A stretch of 64,000 bases of DNA from a virus, in IMG/VR virus record IMGVR_UViG_3300019742_000002, positions 27,724 to 91,723 of that record. One strand, written 5' to 3'. This document shows, in pieces, positions 10,735-21,697 of this stretch (the stretch's first letter is position 1; every line of letters begins with the position of its first letter). Under the pieces are notes generated by a model that had not been told where the DNA came from, did no database searches, and saw only the letters and a program-made list of their open reading frames with translations. The position numbers were made by a program, and so were the translations under genes.

Positions 10735-12597
10735 TTAAAGTTCTAATATACTAAATTCATATCCATCTAACATATCTTTTCTGTCACTAGCTCGTTTACC
10801 ATTTAAACATTTATCAATAAGCTCATCAGTTAATTCCTCATCTTCAATATACATAACCTCTAGCATTTGTTCTATACCCTCTCTATCTATTATCACTTGT
10901 AATTCTTCTTTATCCCAACTTGATAAACCCTTTTTATATTCATATTTATACTTGCCTTTGGTTTCTTTTTGATGATTTCTTTGAGACTCAAAATCATAGA
11001 ACCAATCAATAATATTATCCTTATTATCCGTACACATAAATAGAGGAGTTTTTAGAACCTTAATCCTCCCTTCTTTAATTAGATTCTTTCCGTACTTATA
11101 AAACATACCAATCAATAATGAGCGAATTTGGTAACCGGCAATATCTTCATCAGCGGCAATAATAATATTTTGAAAATTTATATCTGTTTGTGTAGTTTTG
11201 CTAAATCTAATACCTAGTATATTTGTAAAGTCTCTGAGTTTATCTGATTTTAGGATATTAGACATCGTCATATCATAAGCATTTGGTGGTTTTCCGAACA
11301 TTGCGTAATGTCCAGCTTTGTCTCTACCTATAATAGATGCTAAAGATGAAGAAGCTGAGTCACCCTCGGCAAGATATATATCTCTCCATTCACCAATAGG
11401 TTCAAGAAACTTTTCACTATCAGGTTTTTTCTTAGTAGGTTTCTCCAAACCTTTCAATTCTTGTTGCTTTTTATACTCTTCTTTAATCCTAAAATAATCT
11501 ACAATAGGATTAATAATATCTTTATTTTTGTATATCTTATCTACTAATTTATCAAAATCAATATCCTTAAAATACTCTATAAAATATCTATTAGGTGTTG
11601 TTATACTCTCTTTGGTTTGACCATCCCAATCAATTTCTCTAACATTCTTAGCTATAACCACTAAAGTCAATCTATTTCTAATATCGGCAGGTTTGATTGT
11701 TTTATATTTTTTAATAATCTTCTCTCTAAGTCTATTAACAATATTATCAATAACATAGTTGATATGAGTACCACCTTTTGATGTTTCTAACCCATTTATG
11801 TATGAGATTTGTTTAAAATCATCAGTTTCATTTGGTGTAACAGCTATAAAAAAATCATTATAACTTTCTACTATGTTTATATCATTAAGCATAGATATAA
11901 ATTTTTTAGGAGTATAACTCACAACCTTTGAGTTAAATGTAAATCTAATATTAGGGTAAGTTAATGCTTGTAATAGAGTATATTCATACATTCTTTTTAT
12001 GTGTTCATTGTCTATCTCAATACAATCAAATATATTAAAGTCAGGAGTAAATTTTACGGATACACCTGTTTTACCTGTTTGTTTTTGTTTTGATACTGTA
12101 TGTATTAAGTTATTTTCTTTAACAATTAATTTAACTCTACCATTTATATCTTCCGATACTACAAGTAAATGTGAACTTAAAGTTGTACAAAGTTTTATAC
12201 CTATTCCATTAACACCTTTTTGACCTTGCCCTCTATTATCACCATAATTAGATGAAGTATTATATTTACAAAATGCTTTAAATAAAACACTTTCTCCATC
12301 AATATCTCTAGTATCTATACCATATCCATTATCCTTTACCTCAATGGAGTTACTATCAACTTTAATATCAATCTTATCACATCCACCCTTTATAGCAACA
12401 TCAATAGGATTATCTAAAGATTCCATAAATAATTTTAACAATGCCGGTACTATGGTTGACTCTCCATATTTAATAGATTCGTTAGTTATATTAAATCGTT
12501 CCTTTTTTATAGGATTAATTGAACCAGCTAAGTTGTGTGGTCTATTAATAATAGCTTCTCTTTGTGTCTCTTCTTTAATAATTTCAGGTTTTTTCAT
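10735..12597 (-). CDS. 39: DNA topoisomerase II large subunit (gp39+gp60, GyrB/ParE-like)
   Basis: GHKL motifs ESLDN, DNGYG, GVNGIG; TOPRIM AEGDSA and DEDIAG; KGLSS. Confidence 0.95.
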   Translation of the reverse strand: MKKPEIIKEETQREAIINRPHNLAGSINPIKKERFNITNESIKYGESTIVPALLKLFMESLDNPIDVAIKGGCDKIDIKVDSNSIEVKDNGYGIDTRDIDGESVLFKAFCKYNTSSNYGDNRGQGQKGVNGIGIKLCTTLSSHLLVVSEDINGRVKLIVKENNLIHTVSKQKQTGKTGVSVKFTPDFNIFDCIEIDNEHIKRMYEYTLLQALTYPNIRFTFNSKVVSYTPKKFISMLNDINIVESYNDFFIAVTPNETDDFKQISYINGLETSKGGTHINYVIDNIVNRLREKIIKKYKTIKPADIRNRLTLVVIAKNVREIDWDGQTKESITTPNRYFIEYFKDIDFDKLVDKIYKNKDIINPIVDYFRIKEEYKKQQELKGLEKPTKKKPDSEKFLEPIGEWRDIYLAEGDSASSSLASIIGRDKAGHYAMFGKPPNAYDMTMSNILKSDKLRDFTNILGIRFSKTTQTDINFQNIIIAADEDIAGYQIRSLLIGMFYKYGKNLIKEGRIKVLKTPLFMCTDNKDNIIDWFYDFESQRNHQKETKGKYKYEYKKGLSSWDKEELQVIIDREGIEQMLEVMYIEDEELTDELIDKCLNGKRASDRKDMLDGYEFSILEL

Positions 12598-12987
12598 AAT
12601 TCTCCTTTGTTTATGGTTCTATAGCTAAAAAAGTATATATTTGAACTTGATTTAAATTTATATAAAAGTTTATCATAACCTATGAATCTTTCGACATTTA
12701 ATCCATTCAATATAATATCTAAAATCCTAGCCTGTCTCTTACTAATAAATTCAACAAATAAAAGTTTAAAACCTCTTTTATTCTTCAAAATAATATCCTC
12801 AAATTTATATAAGTATATATCCATATAACTTACTTAAGGTTTCTATAAATATAATATGTTCTAGGTATATTCATAAATATATAAAATTTATTATAACCTT
12901 CCATATAATCAAAAGACCTTGTGTAAAACCATATAAATATATCAACTTCACTTTTAATTAACTTATATTTTACTTCTAACCAATCTA

Positions 12988-13284
12988 TCATATTAACTCC
13001 TTTTTGTTTATATATACATCATCTAACAACTCATAGGAGTTTGATAAAGTACCATTTATAACCTGTAAATCGTCAATAAATTGTTTAATAGGACTTTTAT
13101 TGAGTCCTAGTGATATAGCCTTAAAAACTGTTGTGGCATCATTAGATTCTATATAAACTACACCATCTTGAAGTATTAAAAAACCAAACTTTTTGAATAT
13201 ATTATATACCTCTTGTTTTATATCCAATCCATTTTCCCCATTTATTACAGAAAATAGGATAAACCATCTTTTTGAACTCTTCAT
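12988..13284 (-). CDS. VapD/Cas2-like ferredoxin-fold protein
   Basis: FKKFGF..LQDGVVY...VFKAI...IDDLQV resembles the VapD pattern GFxxxQGSVY...VYKAI...VRDIRA. Confidence 0.5.
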   Translation of the reverse strand: MKSSKRWFILFSVINGENGLDIKQEVYNIFKKFGFLILQDGVVYIESNDATTVFKAISLGLNKSPIKQFIDDLQVINGTLSNSYELLDDVYINKKELI

Positions 13285-13587
13285 TTACATATAATTTATT
13301 ACAAAAGTTCTTATACCACCACTAACTCTAAGTCTATTATATTCTTGTTCTTGTATATATCTACAATTTCCTCCACATTTAACTCTATATCTTTTGATAT
13401 AGTTTCCATCTTTTGTACTATTTAACCAATTATAATCTCTTTGTTGATATATCCATACTTCATTTTTGGCTATATTATATAGATATTTAGTATTATTTGC
13501 CATAGCAGTACTAGATATTATACTAACTATAGCTAGACTTTGTATTAATTTTTTCATTTCTTTCCTTTGGTCAATGTATGACTTCAT
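13285..13587 (-). CDS. secreted hypothetical protein
   Basis: Signal peptide MKKLIQSLAIVSIISSTAMA (likely start at second Met). Confidence 0.55.
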   Translation of the reverse strand: MKSYIDQRKEMKKLIQSLAIVSIISSTAMANNTKYLYNIAKNEVWIYQQRDYNWLNSTKDGNYIKRYRVKCGGNCRYIQEQEYNRLRVSGGIRTFVINYM

Positions 13588-13656
13588 ATTTTATAATAAC
13601 TAATTAGCTATTAACCTCTTTTTATGGGTAAATTATATAGGATATTTATTTAAAAT

Positions 13657-13980
13657 TTACTCATTTTCTATTGTTATTTCTAAATCTCTATAATATGCAA
13701 ATTGTTTCAATTTTATACAATCACCTAGATATGTATCTCTAATATTTTCTTTGGTATATATTATTATACCACTTTGGTTATCTATATCAATCCACTCAAA
13801 AGATATACCCATATTTATAAGAAACTCCTCTAATTTAAGAAGAAAGTATCTATTATATATCATTAGAACCTCATAATTATCTATATGAAAGTTTAATTTT
13901 TGAGTACCTTTTATAGCTAAATTAAATAAATTTTCGGATGTATACTCTAAATCCTCTCTCAATATAAAATATACATTCAT
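13657..13980 (-). CDS. hypothetical protein, weak Pth2-like N-terminus
   Basis: VYFILREDL resembles the Pth2 VxxRxDL motif; other catalytic motifs not evident. Confidence 0.3.
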   Translation of the reverse strand: MNVYFILREDLEYTSENLFNLAIKGTQKLNFHIDNYEVLMIYNRYFLLKLEEFLINMGISFEWIDIDNQSGIIIYTKENIRDTYLGDCIKLKQFAYYRDLEITIENE

Positions 13981-14237
13981 AATACTTAGACTATTTTTTG
14001 AATATTTATATGAGGTCTATTCTTTTCATCAACAAATGGTATAATGATAAAATGTTGTGGATTATTGAAATTAATCTTGATGTATGAATAAACTACTTTC
14101 ATATAACTAAAGAGATGTAGATTACCTATTTCCTCTACAAAAAAAGCCTTAAGCTTAGATTGTTCTTGCATTGTAAAGTTTATTGTTGTTACATCTGGTA
14201 GTATATCTGTAGTATATTCTTTGTTTATTTGTGTCAT

Positions 14238-14591
14238 TTATTTTCCTTGTTTTTTAATTTGTTTTGTTAATATCTCTATTCTATTTTCTAAGAAGTTATC
14301 ATATTTAATTTGATTTCTTTCATTTGATTTATCGTAATAGAACCATTCAAAATCTTTTGTTTCTATAATACAACCCAACGAAAAATTATTAATATCTCTA
14401 CTTAAAGCCAATCCTAGCTTATGTAAAACCTCTTTGTTTATTTTCCAAATAAGACCATTTTCACTCATTGTCTTAAAATCCATAGTAGGGTTTGGGTTAT
14501 TATTGTGTAGAAGTTTTTGAAAGAATATTTTAGTTTCCTCTTTAGATAGTTTATCTATAGAATTGATTATATTATCTATCTTGGTGTTCAT
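14238..14591 (-). CDS. hypothetical protein
   Basis: ORF with GGAG RBS in coupled run. Confidence 0.6.
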   Translation of the reverse strand: MNTKIDNIINSIDKLSKEETKIFFQKLLHNNNPNPTMDFKTMSENGLIWKINKEVLHKLGLALSRDINNFSLGCIIETKDFEWFYYDKSNERNQIKYDNFLENRIEILTKQIKKQGK

Positions 14592-14811
14592 TTATCTCCT
14601 TTATTTTACCATTCTCTCTATACATCCTTCTAACCTCTTTAATTTTTTCATAATCTCTTATAGCTTTCAAATGTTTTAAATATTGTTTATCAACGCACCC
14701 ATCTTGACAACTACTACAACAAGAAGATACTTCTGTCTTCAATCTATAAAACTTCGATTTATCTTTCAATTTATTACATAATGAACATATTTTTTGATTA
14801 TTATAACTCAT
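14572..14811 (-). CDS. small zinc-finger protein
   Basis: CSLC...CSSC. Confidence 0.55.
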   Translation of the reverse strand: MSYNNQKICSLCNKLKDKSKFYRLKTEVSSCCSSCQDGCVDKQYLKHLKAIRDYEKIKEVRRMYRENGKIKEINEHQDR

Positions 14812-15172
14812 ATCACTTCCTCTAATTTGTATTCACGAAAACATGTATCTCTATCTACCCGAGTATTATATCTATCTTTTGTAAACTCGTATATAAAATC
14901 ATATAACACATTAAGACTTTCCATATCCATATCTTTTGTTGTAATTCTAATGGTGCCGGGATATTTTTCCTTTATATTAAACTGAATTCCATATCTTTCT
15001 ATATTGTCTATACCAATATAATTTTTAATATCATCAAATTGAGGTGTATTTATAAAACCCCACTTTCTTCCTATAAACTCTCCATAACTAATATTGATTG
15101 GCATATCTATCATCATTTTGTTTCCTTTATTTTTGTAATTATATATAATTTTTGTTTAAAATATTCACTTTT

Positions 15173-15997
15173 CTAAACTTCCAAAACACTTATCTCATTA
15201 TATGATTCATTTGGATAACATAAAGGGTTACATATAAACTCTACTCCATCCTTTTTAAAATTAATAGAACTATGAATATGTCCAAAGATATGATATTTAA
15301 CTTTCATTCTTTTAAGTTCATTTAAGTTATCGGAATGGTATAATTTATTTGCCTCAGAACCTAAATATTTTTCATCATTTACTATATCACAAGGAACGTG
15401 ACTTACAAATATATCGCATTCTTTTATTAATTTTATTTTATTTATTTCTGATTTATAGTAAGATTCTGTATCAAATGTAGGTTTAAAATCTTTACCACCC
15501 CATCCATAGTCTATATAATACGGTTCTAATCTGCTCATAATTAACCTAGAATCGTTTGATTGTTCTTTCCAAACCTCATCATCATTCGATACATTATACC
15601 ACATAGGACATCCACCAATTTTGATACAATCAAATTCATATACATTACCATCAAGAACTTTTATATCATTTTCTTGAAGCATTTGTTTAAACTCGTTTAA
15701 TCTATTTAGGGAGTTATATTTATATTTCTTTTGGATAGATTTAGAAATTAAATATAATTCGTGATTTCCAAATGTAACTAAAACTTCCTTGTAATATGTT
15801 TTAAGTTCTTTTAGAACAGCAAGTGATTGATTATTATAGTGACCTATATCTCCTACTATAATAAGAATGTCAGCAGGTTTAGGGACTAGGTAATTATCTA
15901 TATATTTTTGAAGTTCTTTTTTAAATTTAGGTGTATTTGTATCTATAGATTTAATATAAAAATCTATATGTAAATCACTGATGTAAGCTATTTTCAT
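15173..15997 (-). CDS. calcineurin-like metallophosphoesterase
   Basis: SDLH, GD, GNHE, SH, GHIH motifs. Confidence 0.92.
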   Translation of the reverse strand: MKIAYISDLHIDFYIKSIDTNTPKFKKELQKYIDNYLVPKPADILIIVGDIGHYNNQSLAVLKELKTYYKEVLVTFGNHELYLISKSIQKKYKYNSLNRLNEFKQMLQENDIKVLDGNVYEFDCIKIGGCPMWYNVSNDDEVWKEQSNDSRLIMSRLEPYYIDYGWGGKDFKPTFDTESYYKSEINKIKLIKECDIFVSHVPCDIVNDEKYLGSEANKLYHSDNLNELKRMKVKYHIFGHIHSSINFKKDGVEFICNPLCYPNESYNEISVLEV

Positions 15998-16356
15998 AAA
16001 TTATCTTTATACTTTTCACACATAATATCGTAAATACCTAAAGATAAACTTTCAAAATAAGTATTATTTCTACTTGAAACTATACCCATAACCTCATTAG
16101 CAAGTTCACCACCTATTTCATAAAAGAAATCATAATCTTGAAAATAGTTTTGGGGTTCGTCTAAGCTATAATCTTCAAGAATTTGTTTAATATATTCCTT
16201 AGTTAAAAATACTATTCTATCATCTGTATAATATGATAGAATCCAATTATCTAAAAAATTATATCCTAGGTTTTCTATAATATTTTCTCTAATCCCTACA
16301 TTGTCGTCTATATCAACATCTTTTGATAAACTCTTTATATCTACTTCTAATTTCAT
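15994..16356 (-). CDS. hypothetical protein
   Basis: ORF with RBS. Confidence 0.6.
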   Translation of the reverse strand: MKLEVDIKSLSKDVDIDDNVGIRENIIENLGYNFLDNWILSYYTDDRIVFLTKEYIKQILEDYSLDEPQNYFQDYDFFYEIGGELANEVMGIVSSRNNTYFESLSLGIYDIMCEKYKDNL

Positions 16357-16523
16357 TTTTATTCCCTTTTTATATTAACCCAAAACTTTTAAAATTAACT
16401 ATTATACCTATAAACTCTAAAGCCGTATTTAAATCCTCAAATAAAGTAAAATTATAACCACCTATTGAGCGTTGCAAAATATGGTCTGTTGGTATATTGT
16501 GCTTATGTCCTACTTCTATCATA

Positions 16524-16976
16524 TTATCTCCTTTTATTGTAATAATATTTCATCTTTGAGTTATATATTCTATCATTGGTTTCACTTATATGAGTTTCAC
16601 CATATCTACTTAAAAATTCACCAACAATCTCTAAAGTATCATCACTCCTATTCCCAAAAATTGACATAACTACTCCCAAAGCTTCACCCTCATTACTGAC
16701 ATAGGTATCAATATCTTTTGGTTCTATATAAACCCAACTATTACTTTCCAATTCATAAAGATTCATTAAGAAACTTGTACAACTTGCTACCTTAAGATTT
16801 TTAACCATTTTAACAAAGTTTTTAGACGCTTCCTCTCCAATTTCTTTGAGAATATTGTCATGAATATGGGTGAGTTTTTCGGAATCTAAGTCCGAGATTA
16901 TAGCTCCTCTTCCTGATGTATAACCGGGTCTTGAACTCATTGAATTTGGTAGAAATTTTTCTGAAATGTAACTCAT
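16524..16976 (-). CDS. hypothetical protein
   Basis: ORF with AAGGA RBS. Confidence 0.65.
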   Translation of the reverse strand: MSYISEKFLPNSMSSRPGYTSGRGAIISDLDSEKLTHIHDNILKEIGEEASKNFVKMVKNLKVASCTSFLMNLYELESNSWVYIEPKDIDTYVSNEGEALGVVMSIFGNRSDDTLEIVGEFLSRYGETHISETNDRIYNSKMKYYYNKRR

Positions 16977-17611
16977 ATTTCATCCTTTTATTTTTTTGAA
17001 TAGTTTAAAATTTAATAGAACTACCTGATAATTTAGATTGGGATATAACTCTATATACCCTCTTCATCTTTATAAACAGATATTCCCTTAGTATTGTCAA
17101 ATACATAAGTTGAATTAGAACTAAAATCATTTAATATACCATCTTTAGAATCCAAAATAAAATCATAATACTTCATTTTGGATTCCATCTCTTTTTTAAA
17201 TGAATTAAGTGATAAGCCTATTGAAAATAAAATAAAAATTATCACCAAATATATAATTATTTCAAGTATCATCTATTTTCTCCAAGTTTTTATTGTTAAT
17301 GATTTAAATAAATTAACCAAACTATCTCTATCTTTCCTATACCACTCTCTATTTGCATAAGATTCATCCAATTCATCAAAAAGATTTTTACCTGACATCT
17401 CCATACCTATAAATGCACCAGTAATTATATTGTATAAATCACAATACTCCTTTTTATCTACTTCTACTTCTTGTACTTCACATAATAACTCGTCAAGCTG
17501 ATTGAGTGTTAATAACTCTTCATTCATATATACTTGATAATATATAGCCATTTTATATCCTTTAATTTAATATCTCTAATTATAGCCAAGTAAACTTAAA
17601 CTTTTATTAAG

Positions 17612-18313
17612 TTATTTAATATAAGCTATCAATCTATACTCTGATTTATCAGTTTTAGGTGTAATTGACCAAATCTCATCATCTTTCATTCTAGTTAAAT
17701 CATCCGAAATAATTGTAGATGTAATATTATCATAAAGAACTACCGAAATTCTTTTATCGTCTATCATATATTTCCACTCTTGATTGGAATTAATAAAATT
17801 CTTCCAAAGTTTTATAGCGTTTATGTGTTGAACTGAATCGGACATAATTATATCTCCATCAAACATCATAGACTTATATATAGCAGTAGCCATTCTTTTA
17901 CCTCTATGAGATGTATGAGTATCAATAGCTTTTACCTCTTTCACTTCACCAAATTTTTTATTTTTTACTACCTTGAAGTTCATATAACTATATATTTTAA
18001 ACAATCCCTCATTACAAACTCCTAACATAGTTCTTGAAATGTTATTTGTTAATATAACATAATTCTTAAGGTTTTTACCACCTTTATTATATATAGCATC
18101 AAAATTTCTAATATAGGATTGTGAATAATAATCTATATAATCATCAATCCCTTGTAGTTTCATTAAAGTTTCTTGTCCAAATTGACAATCCTCATACTCA
18201 GCAACAGGATTTTCATTAACATATTCAGAAAATGTTTTGAAATGATACCTATCATCCTTATAATTGTTTATATATTTTACAACAAACTCTCTAAAATCCA
18301 TTATATCTTTCAT
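17612..18313 (-). CDS. GNAT-like acetyltransferase, possible internal head protein
   Basis: THTSHRGKRMATAIY acetyl-CoA motif-A-like; SDxxQ..AIKLWK; N-terminal DFREF/FSEYVNE leader. Confidence 0.55.
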   Translation of the reverse strand: MKDIMDFREFVVKYINNYKDDRYHFKTFSEYVNENPVAEYEDCQFGQETLMKLQGIDDYIDYYSQSYIRNFDAIYNKGGKNLKNYVILTNNISRTMLGVCNEGLFKIYSYMNFKVVKNKKFGEVKEVKAIDTHTSHRGKRMATAIYKSMMFDGDIIMSDSVQHINAIKLWKNFINSNQEWKYMIDDKRISVVLYDNITSTIISDDLTRMKDDEIWSITPKTDKSEYRLIAYIK

Positions 18314-18664
18314 CTGATTCTCCTTTTATTTATTATATCCAATTTAACTTAAACTATCATAAGATAAATCTTTTAATTTCAAATCATCTATATATTTCAA
18401 TAATTCTATAAATTGATTATAAGTTATCCTATCATTTTTAATCCATTGAAATAAAACATTATATCTTTGTGTACTATTATATAAAGTTTCCTTTAGGTTT
18501 TTGATATTTTTATTCATATAGTATCCTTTTTTTATTTATTGTATCTAAAAATATATTAATATAACCTTAAATCTTAGTAGTTTTAAAATTTGGCACAACT
18601 ATCCCCTTTGATATTTAAGAATACATACTTTTATATGATAATTAGGTGTTAAATTTAACCTTTG

Positions 18665-20458
18665 CTATAGAAGAGCTACCTTGGTGTATATAAATCTATC
18701 AAGAGTCATAAAACCTTTGAGTAACTGTAAACTATAGATAGTATTTGTTATTAGTTTGATAAAGAGCATCTTTCTAATATTGTTCTTAAATCTTTTAACC
18801 CCTATCTTAATACCCTTTTTAATAGAGTGAATTAATTTAGCTCTTTTTCTTCTTTTAATAAACTCTTTTCTCTTTTTTTCTGATTCAAAATATTTAATAT
18901 AACTTCTAGTTTCAGAAAAATCTATTATTTGATTGTTTAATTTCAACATCTTTTGAATTTCTTTAATATCAGTTAATTCAAGTTTAGAAATTTCATTAAT
19001 AGGAATAAGAAGTCCATCATGTACATTTACTATATGTTCAATTTTAATTTTTTTAGTACCTAGGTATGCTTTAAGAGAATTCATAATTTTAGTTTCTTCT
19101 AACATAAACATTCTTGAAATATTTTCATATCCTAAATTTCTAGCTATAATATCTAATTCTTTCATTTCTGAATTAAAATCTTTATAAAAAGTTGAAAGTT
19201 TAAGTGCATCATGTACAGTTTTATCATCTTTTGTATTTCTATTAAAAGGAGTTAAATGTCTTCCAAATATAGCACTAAGATACTCCATTTTAAACATAGA
19301 CCTAAATTCAATCTTTTTGTTAGCTCCTTGTTTACCTCTAATATTATCAATTGTATCTACATTGGACTCAATAATCTTTTTTCTATTTTTTATATATTCA
19401 ATAAGACAAGGATAGTTAATAGGGTCTATATTATGGTTCTCAAAACAATTCTTTATTAATCTTGGTGCGGCATTTTCTAAATCAAATTCAATATAATCTC
19501 TAAATAATCCATTTCTTATTTTTTTAGGAATCTGATTTAAAATATCAAAAATTCTACCAGAAGATGTAAATGTTCTATTAAAATAAATATGTTCATCTAC
19601 TATATTTTTTCTTATTAATTTCATAGAATTAATATATCTTCTTCTTTGAGCTGGGTATCTCATATATCCTATATCATTATCTAATTCATCGAGAATCTCT
19701 AAGTAATTATTGGGTAATTTAAATTTTATAATATCTTTGTAATTTTCCTTAGGAACTTCTCTTGGAATATTTTTAGATTTAGATGTAGTTACATCATCAG
19801 AGAGTCTCATTATAACCATATCAATAGGTTTTAGAGGTTTTTGTTTAGAGGCTATATCATAAAACTCCTGATATTTGGCTAGAGAAATAGTACCATTTAG
19901 AACTTTTTTAAGAATAGTATCTACTTTTTGGACTTTTGAATATACTTGGTTACTGTTGTCATAAGGATTGTTTAAAAATTCATAAGAAGAACAACCTGAA
20001 CCATCAAAAGAATTACCTCTTCTTGTTTGATTAAGATAAAGGTTATAGAAATCTCTATATGATACAAAAGAAGATAGGGATTTTTTAAGGTAGGTATTAC
20101 TAAGAGCAAGGTCACCTGTTAATTCATGAACTGAATGAGCAGAAGAAAGTAGTTTAGAAATAGATTTTAGAACATTGATTGATAGGTTATATTTAATATA
20201 TTTTTTTGCACTTTTAAATTGAATCATATCTTGAACAATACTAGGATGTGGAACTATAGAGTAACTTCTTTTTTGTTTTTCTATATTAGTAAAGGTTTTA
20301 TCTGATTTAATTGCAGTATGAACTTGAATAATAGCCTCTTTTGGATTAAGGATATTTTTAATGTAGTAATAATCCTTGTGGATTGTAAGATATGTTAGGT
20401 CATAATTAAATGGATTGGTAAGTATATAATCTTTGAGGTTTTCTTTTTTAATTTTCAT
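18665..20458 (-). CDS. family A polymerase-related (TV-Pol-like) protein
   Basis: SGRIF..LNQIPKKIR, motif A EFDLENAAPR, motif B-like RSMFKxxxLSAIFG, motif C VHDGL. Confidence 0.6.
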   Translation of the reverse strand: MKIKKENLKDYILTNPFNYDLTYLTIHKDYYYIKNILNPKEAIIQVHTAIKSDKTFTNIEKQKRSYSIVPHPSIVQDMIQFKSAKKYIKYNLSINVLKSISKLLSSAHSVHELTGDLALSNTYLKKSLSSFVSYRDFYNLYLNQTRRGNSFDGSGCSSYEFLNNPYDNSNQVYSKVQKVDTILKKVLNGTISLAKYQEFYDIASKQKPLKPIDMVIMRLSDDVTTSKSKNIPREVPKENYKDIIKFKLPNNYLEILDELDNDIGYMRYPAQRRRYINSMKLIRKNIVDEHIYFNRTFTSSGRIFDILNQIPKKIRNGLFRDYIEFDLENAAPRLIKNCFENHNIDPINYPCLIEYIKNRKKIIESNVDTIDNIRGKQGANKKIEFRSMFKMEYLSAIFGRHLTPFNRNTKDDKTVHDALKLSTFYKDFNSEMKELDIIARNLGYENISRMFMLEETKIMNSLKAYLGTKKIKIEHIVNVHDGLLIPINEISKLELTDIKEIQKMLKLNNQIIDFSETRSYIKYFESEKKRKEFIKRRKRAKLIHSIKKGIKIGVKRFKNNIRKMLFIKLITNTIYSLQLLKGFMTLDRFIYTKVALL

Positions 20459-20492
20459 CTAATTCTCCTTTTTTATTTAGTCAAAAGTAGAA

Positions 20493-20566
20493 TGCTGTCC
20501 TACTTCTTAAGAGAGTTCATATCAAGTGGTAGGACAGCAAAAGCACCTGTATATGAACTCTCTTAA
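20493..20566 (-). promoter_or_regulatory. pseudoknot-type leader (interleaved inverted repeats)
   Basis: 16-bp stem 20507-20522/20551-20566; loop 20529-20539 complementary to 20493-20503. Confidence 0.7.
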
Positions 20567-20596
20567 AGACTTTATGTTATTTATATATTTATTTCT

Positions 20597-20635
20597 AGTA
20601 AGATATTGGTTTATCTATATTACCAATATCTTACT
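20597..20635. terminator. 14-bp hairpin, probable terminator
   Basis: AGTAAGATATTGGT...ACCAATATCTTACT downstream of 20647..21147. Confidence 0.6.
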
Positions 20636-20646
20636 ATTCTTATTCT

Positions 20647-21147
20647 CTATACCTTAGCAGAGAATAAGAATACCATTTCGTCGCTGTTTTTTTTATAACT
20701 GTCAAAATTTGAGTTATTAAATATACTAGAACTACTAACATCTTTAAAAACTTGCTCCATTTCATCTTTAGAGATACTTTTAGTTGATATAGATATATGG
20801 AAATATATCTTTCCATTTTTATAATCAACTAACTTCATATCAAATTTATGTATGTCCATTTTATTTAAAGTATTATTCAAGTATCTAATATCTTTATTTA
20901 TCTTTATGGTTTTATCAAACTCTATATCTTTTGTTGTTATTAAGTCTTTAGAGGTTACTTTATCTATATTACCGTTTTTAATATAGATAACTCTAGCTTC
21001 TGTTGGAGATACAAATTTATCAAAAAAACCTATTTGACCGTCTACAGTTATAAATTTATCGTATACCTCAAATTCATTAAAATTACCTTTACCCTCATTT
21101 AAGCTCATTTTCACAAACTCACTAAATCTCATATTTATTTTTTTCAC
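20647..21147 (-). CDS. hypothetical protein, possible internal head protein
   Basis: MRFSEFVKMSLNE leader. Confidence 0.6.
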   Translation of the reverse strand: MKKINMRFSEFVKMSLNEGKGNFNEFEVYDKFITVDGQIGFFDKFVSPTEARVIYIKNGNIDKVTSKDLITTKDIEFDKTIKINKDIRYLNNTLNKMDIHKFDMKLVDYKNGKIYFHISISTKSISKDEMEQVFKDVSSSSIFNNSNFDSYKKNSDEMVFLFSAKV

Positions 21148-21413
21148 CTTAACTCCTTATTTTATATTATAGCCTAAATCTATTTAAAAATAAACTAATC
21201 CGATAAAAGATTTTGATTTAATATCAATCTCTTTTTATTATTTATAAAATTATTTTTAATCTAAAATATAAAAATTAGTCCATATTAACCAAGATTTAAG
21301 TTTTTGTTGTTTACAAGCATAACAATATACACCTAAACCTTTTGAAGGATTTGGTATAATTTGGTTACACATTAAACATTCATTAAAAGTATATCCGTAA
21401 AATATAGATTTAC

Positions 21414-21686
21414 TCATTTTTTATCTTCTTTATCACAATGTATTTCTAATATGGTGTCTTTTACACAAGTTACAATATCATATAATTCATTTATAGTTGA
21501 TTTTTTAGCATCATACATAAAAATCAAGGTAAATGGAAATATTATTAGTGTAGATACCATCACTAGGAAGGCTTTTGCTGATGTAGGTAAATTAAATCCT
21601 CCACTTACAAAACTCATCATCAAATATAATAAGGTTGTCAATAATAACCAAATTATAACATTTAAAACCAATCTCTTTTTTATCAT
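21414..21686 (-). CDS. membrane protein
   Basis: Two TM segments. Confidence 0.6.
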   Translation of the reverse strand: MIKKRLVLNVIIWLLLTTLLYLMMSFVSGGFNLPTSAKAFLVMVSTLIIFPFTLIFMYDAKKSTINELYDIVTCVKDTILEIHCDKEDKK

Positions 21687-21697
21687 TTTATTCTCCT

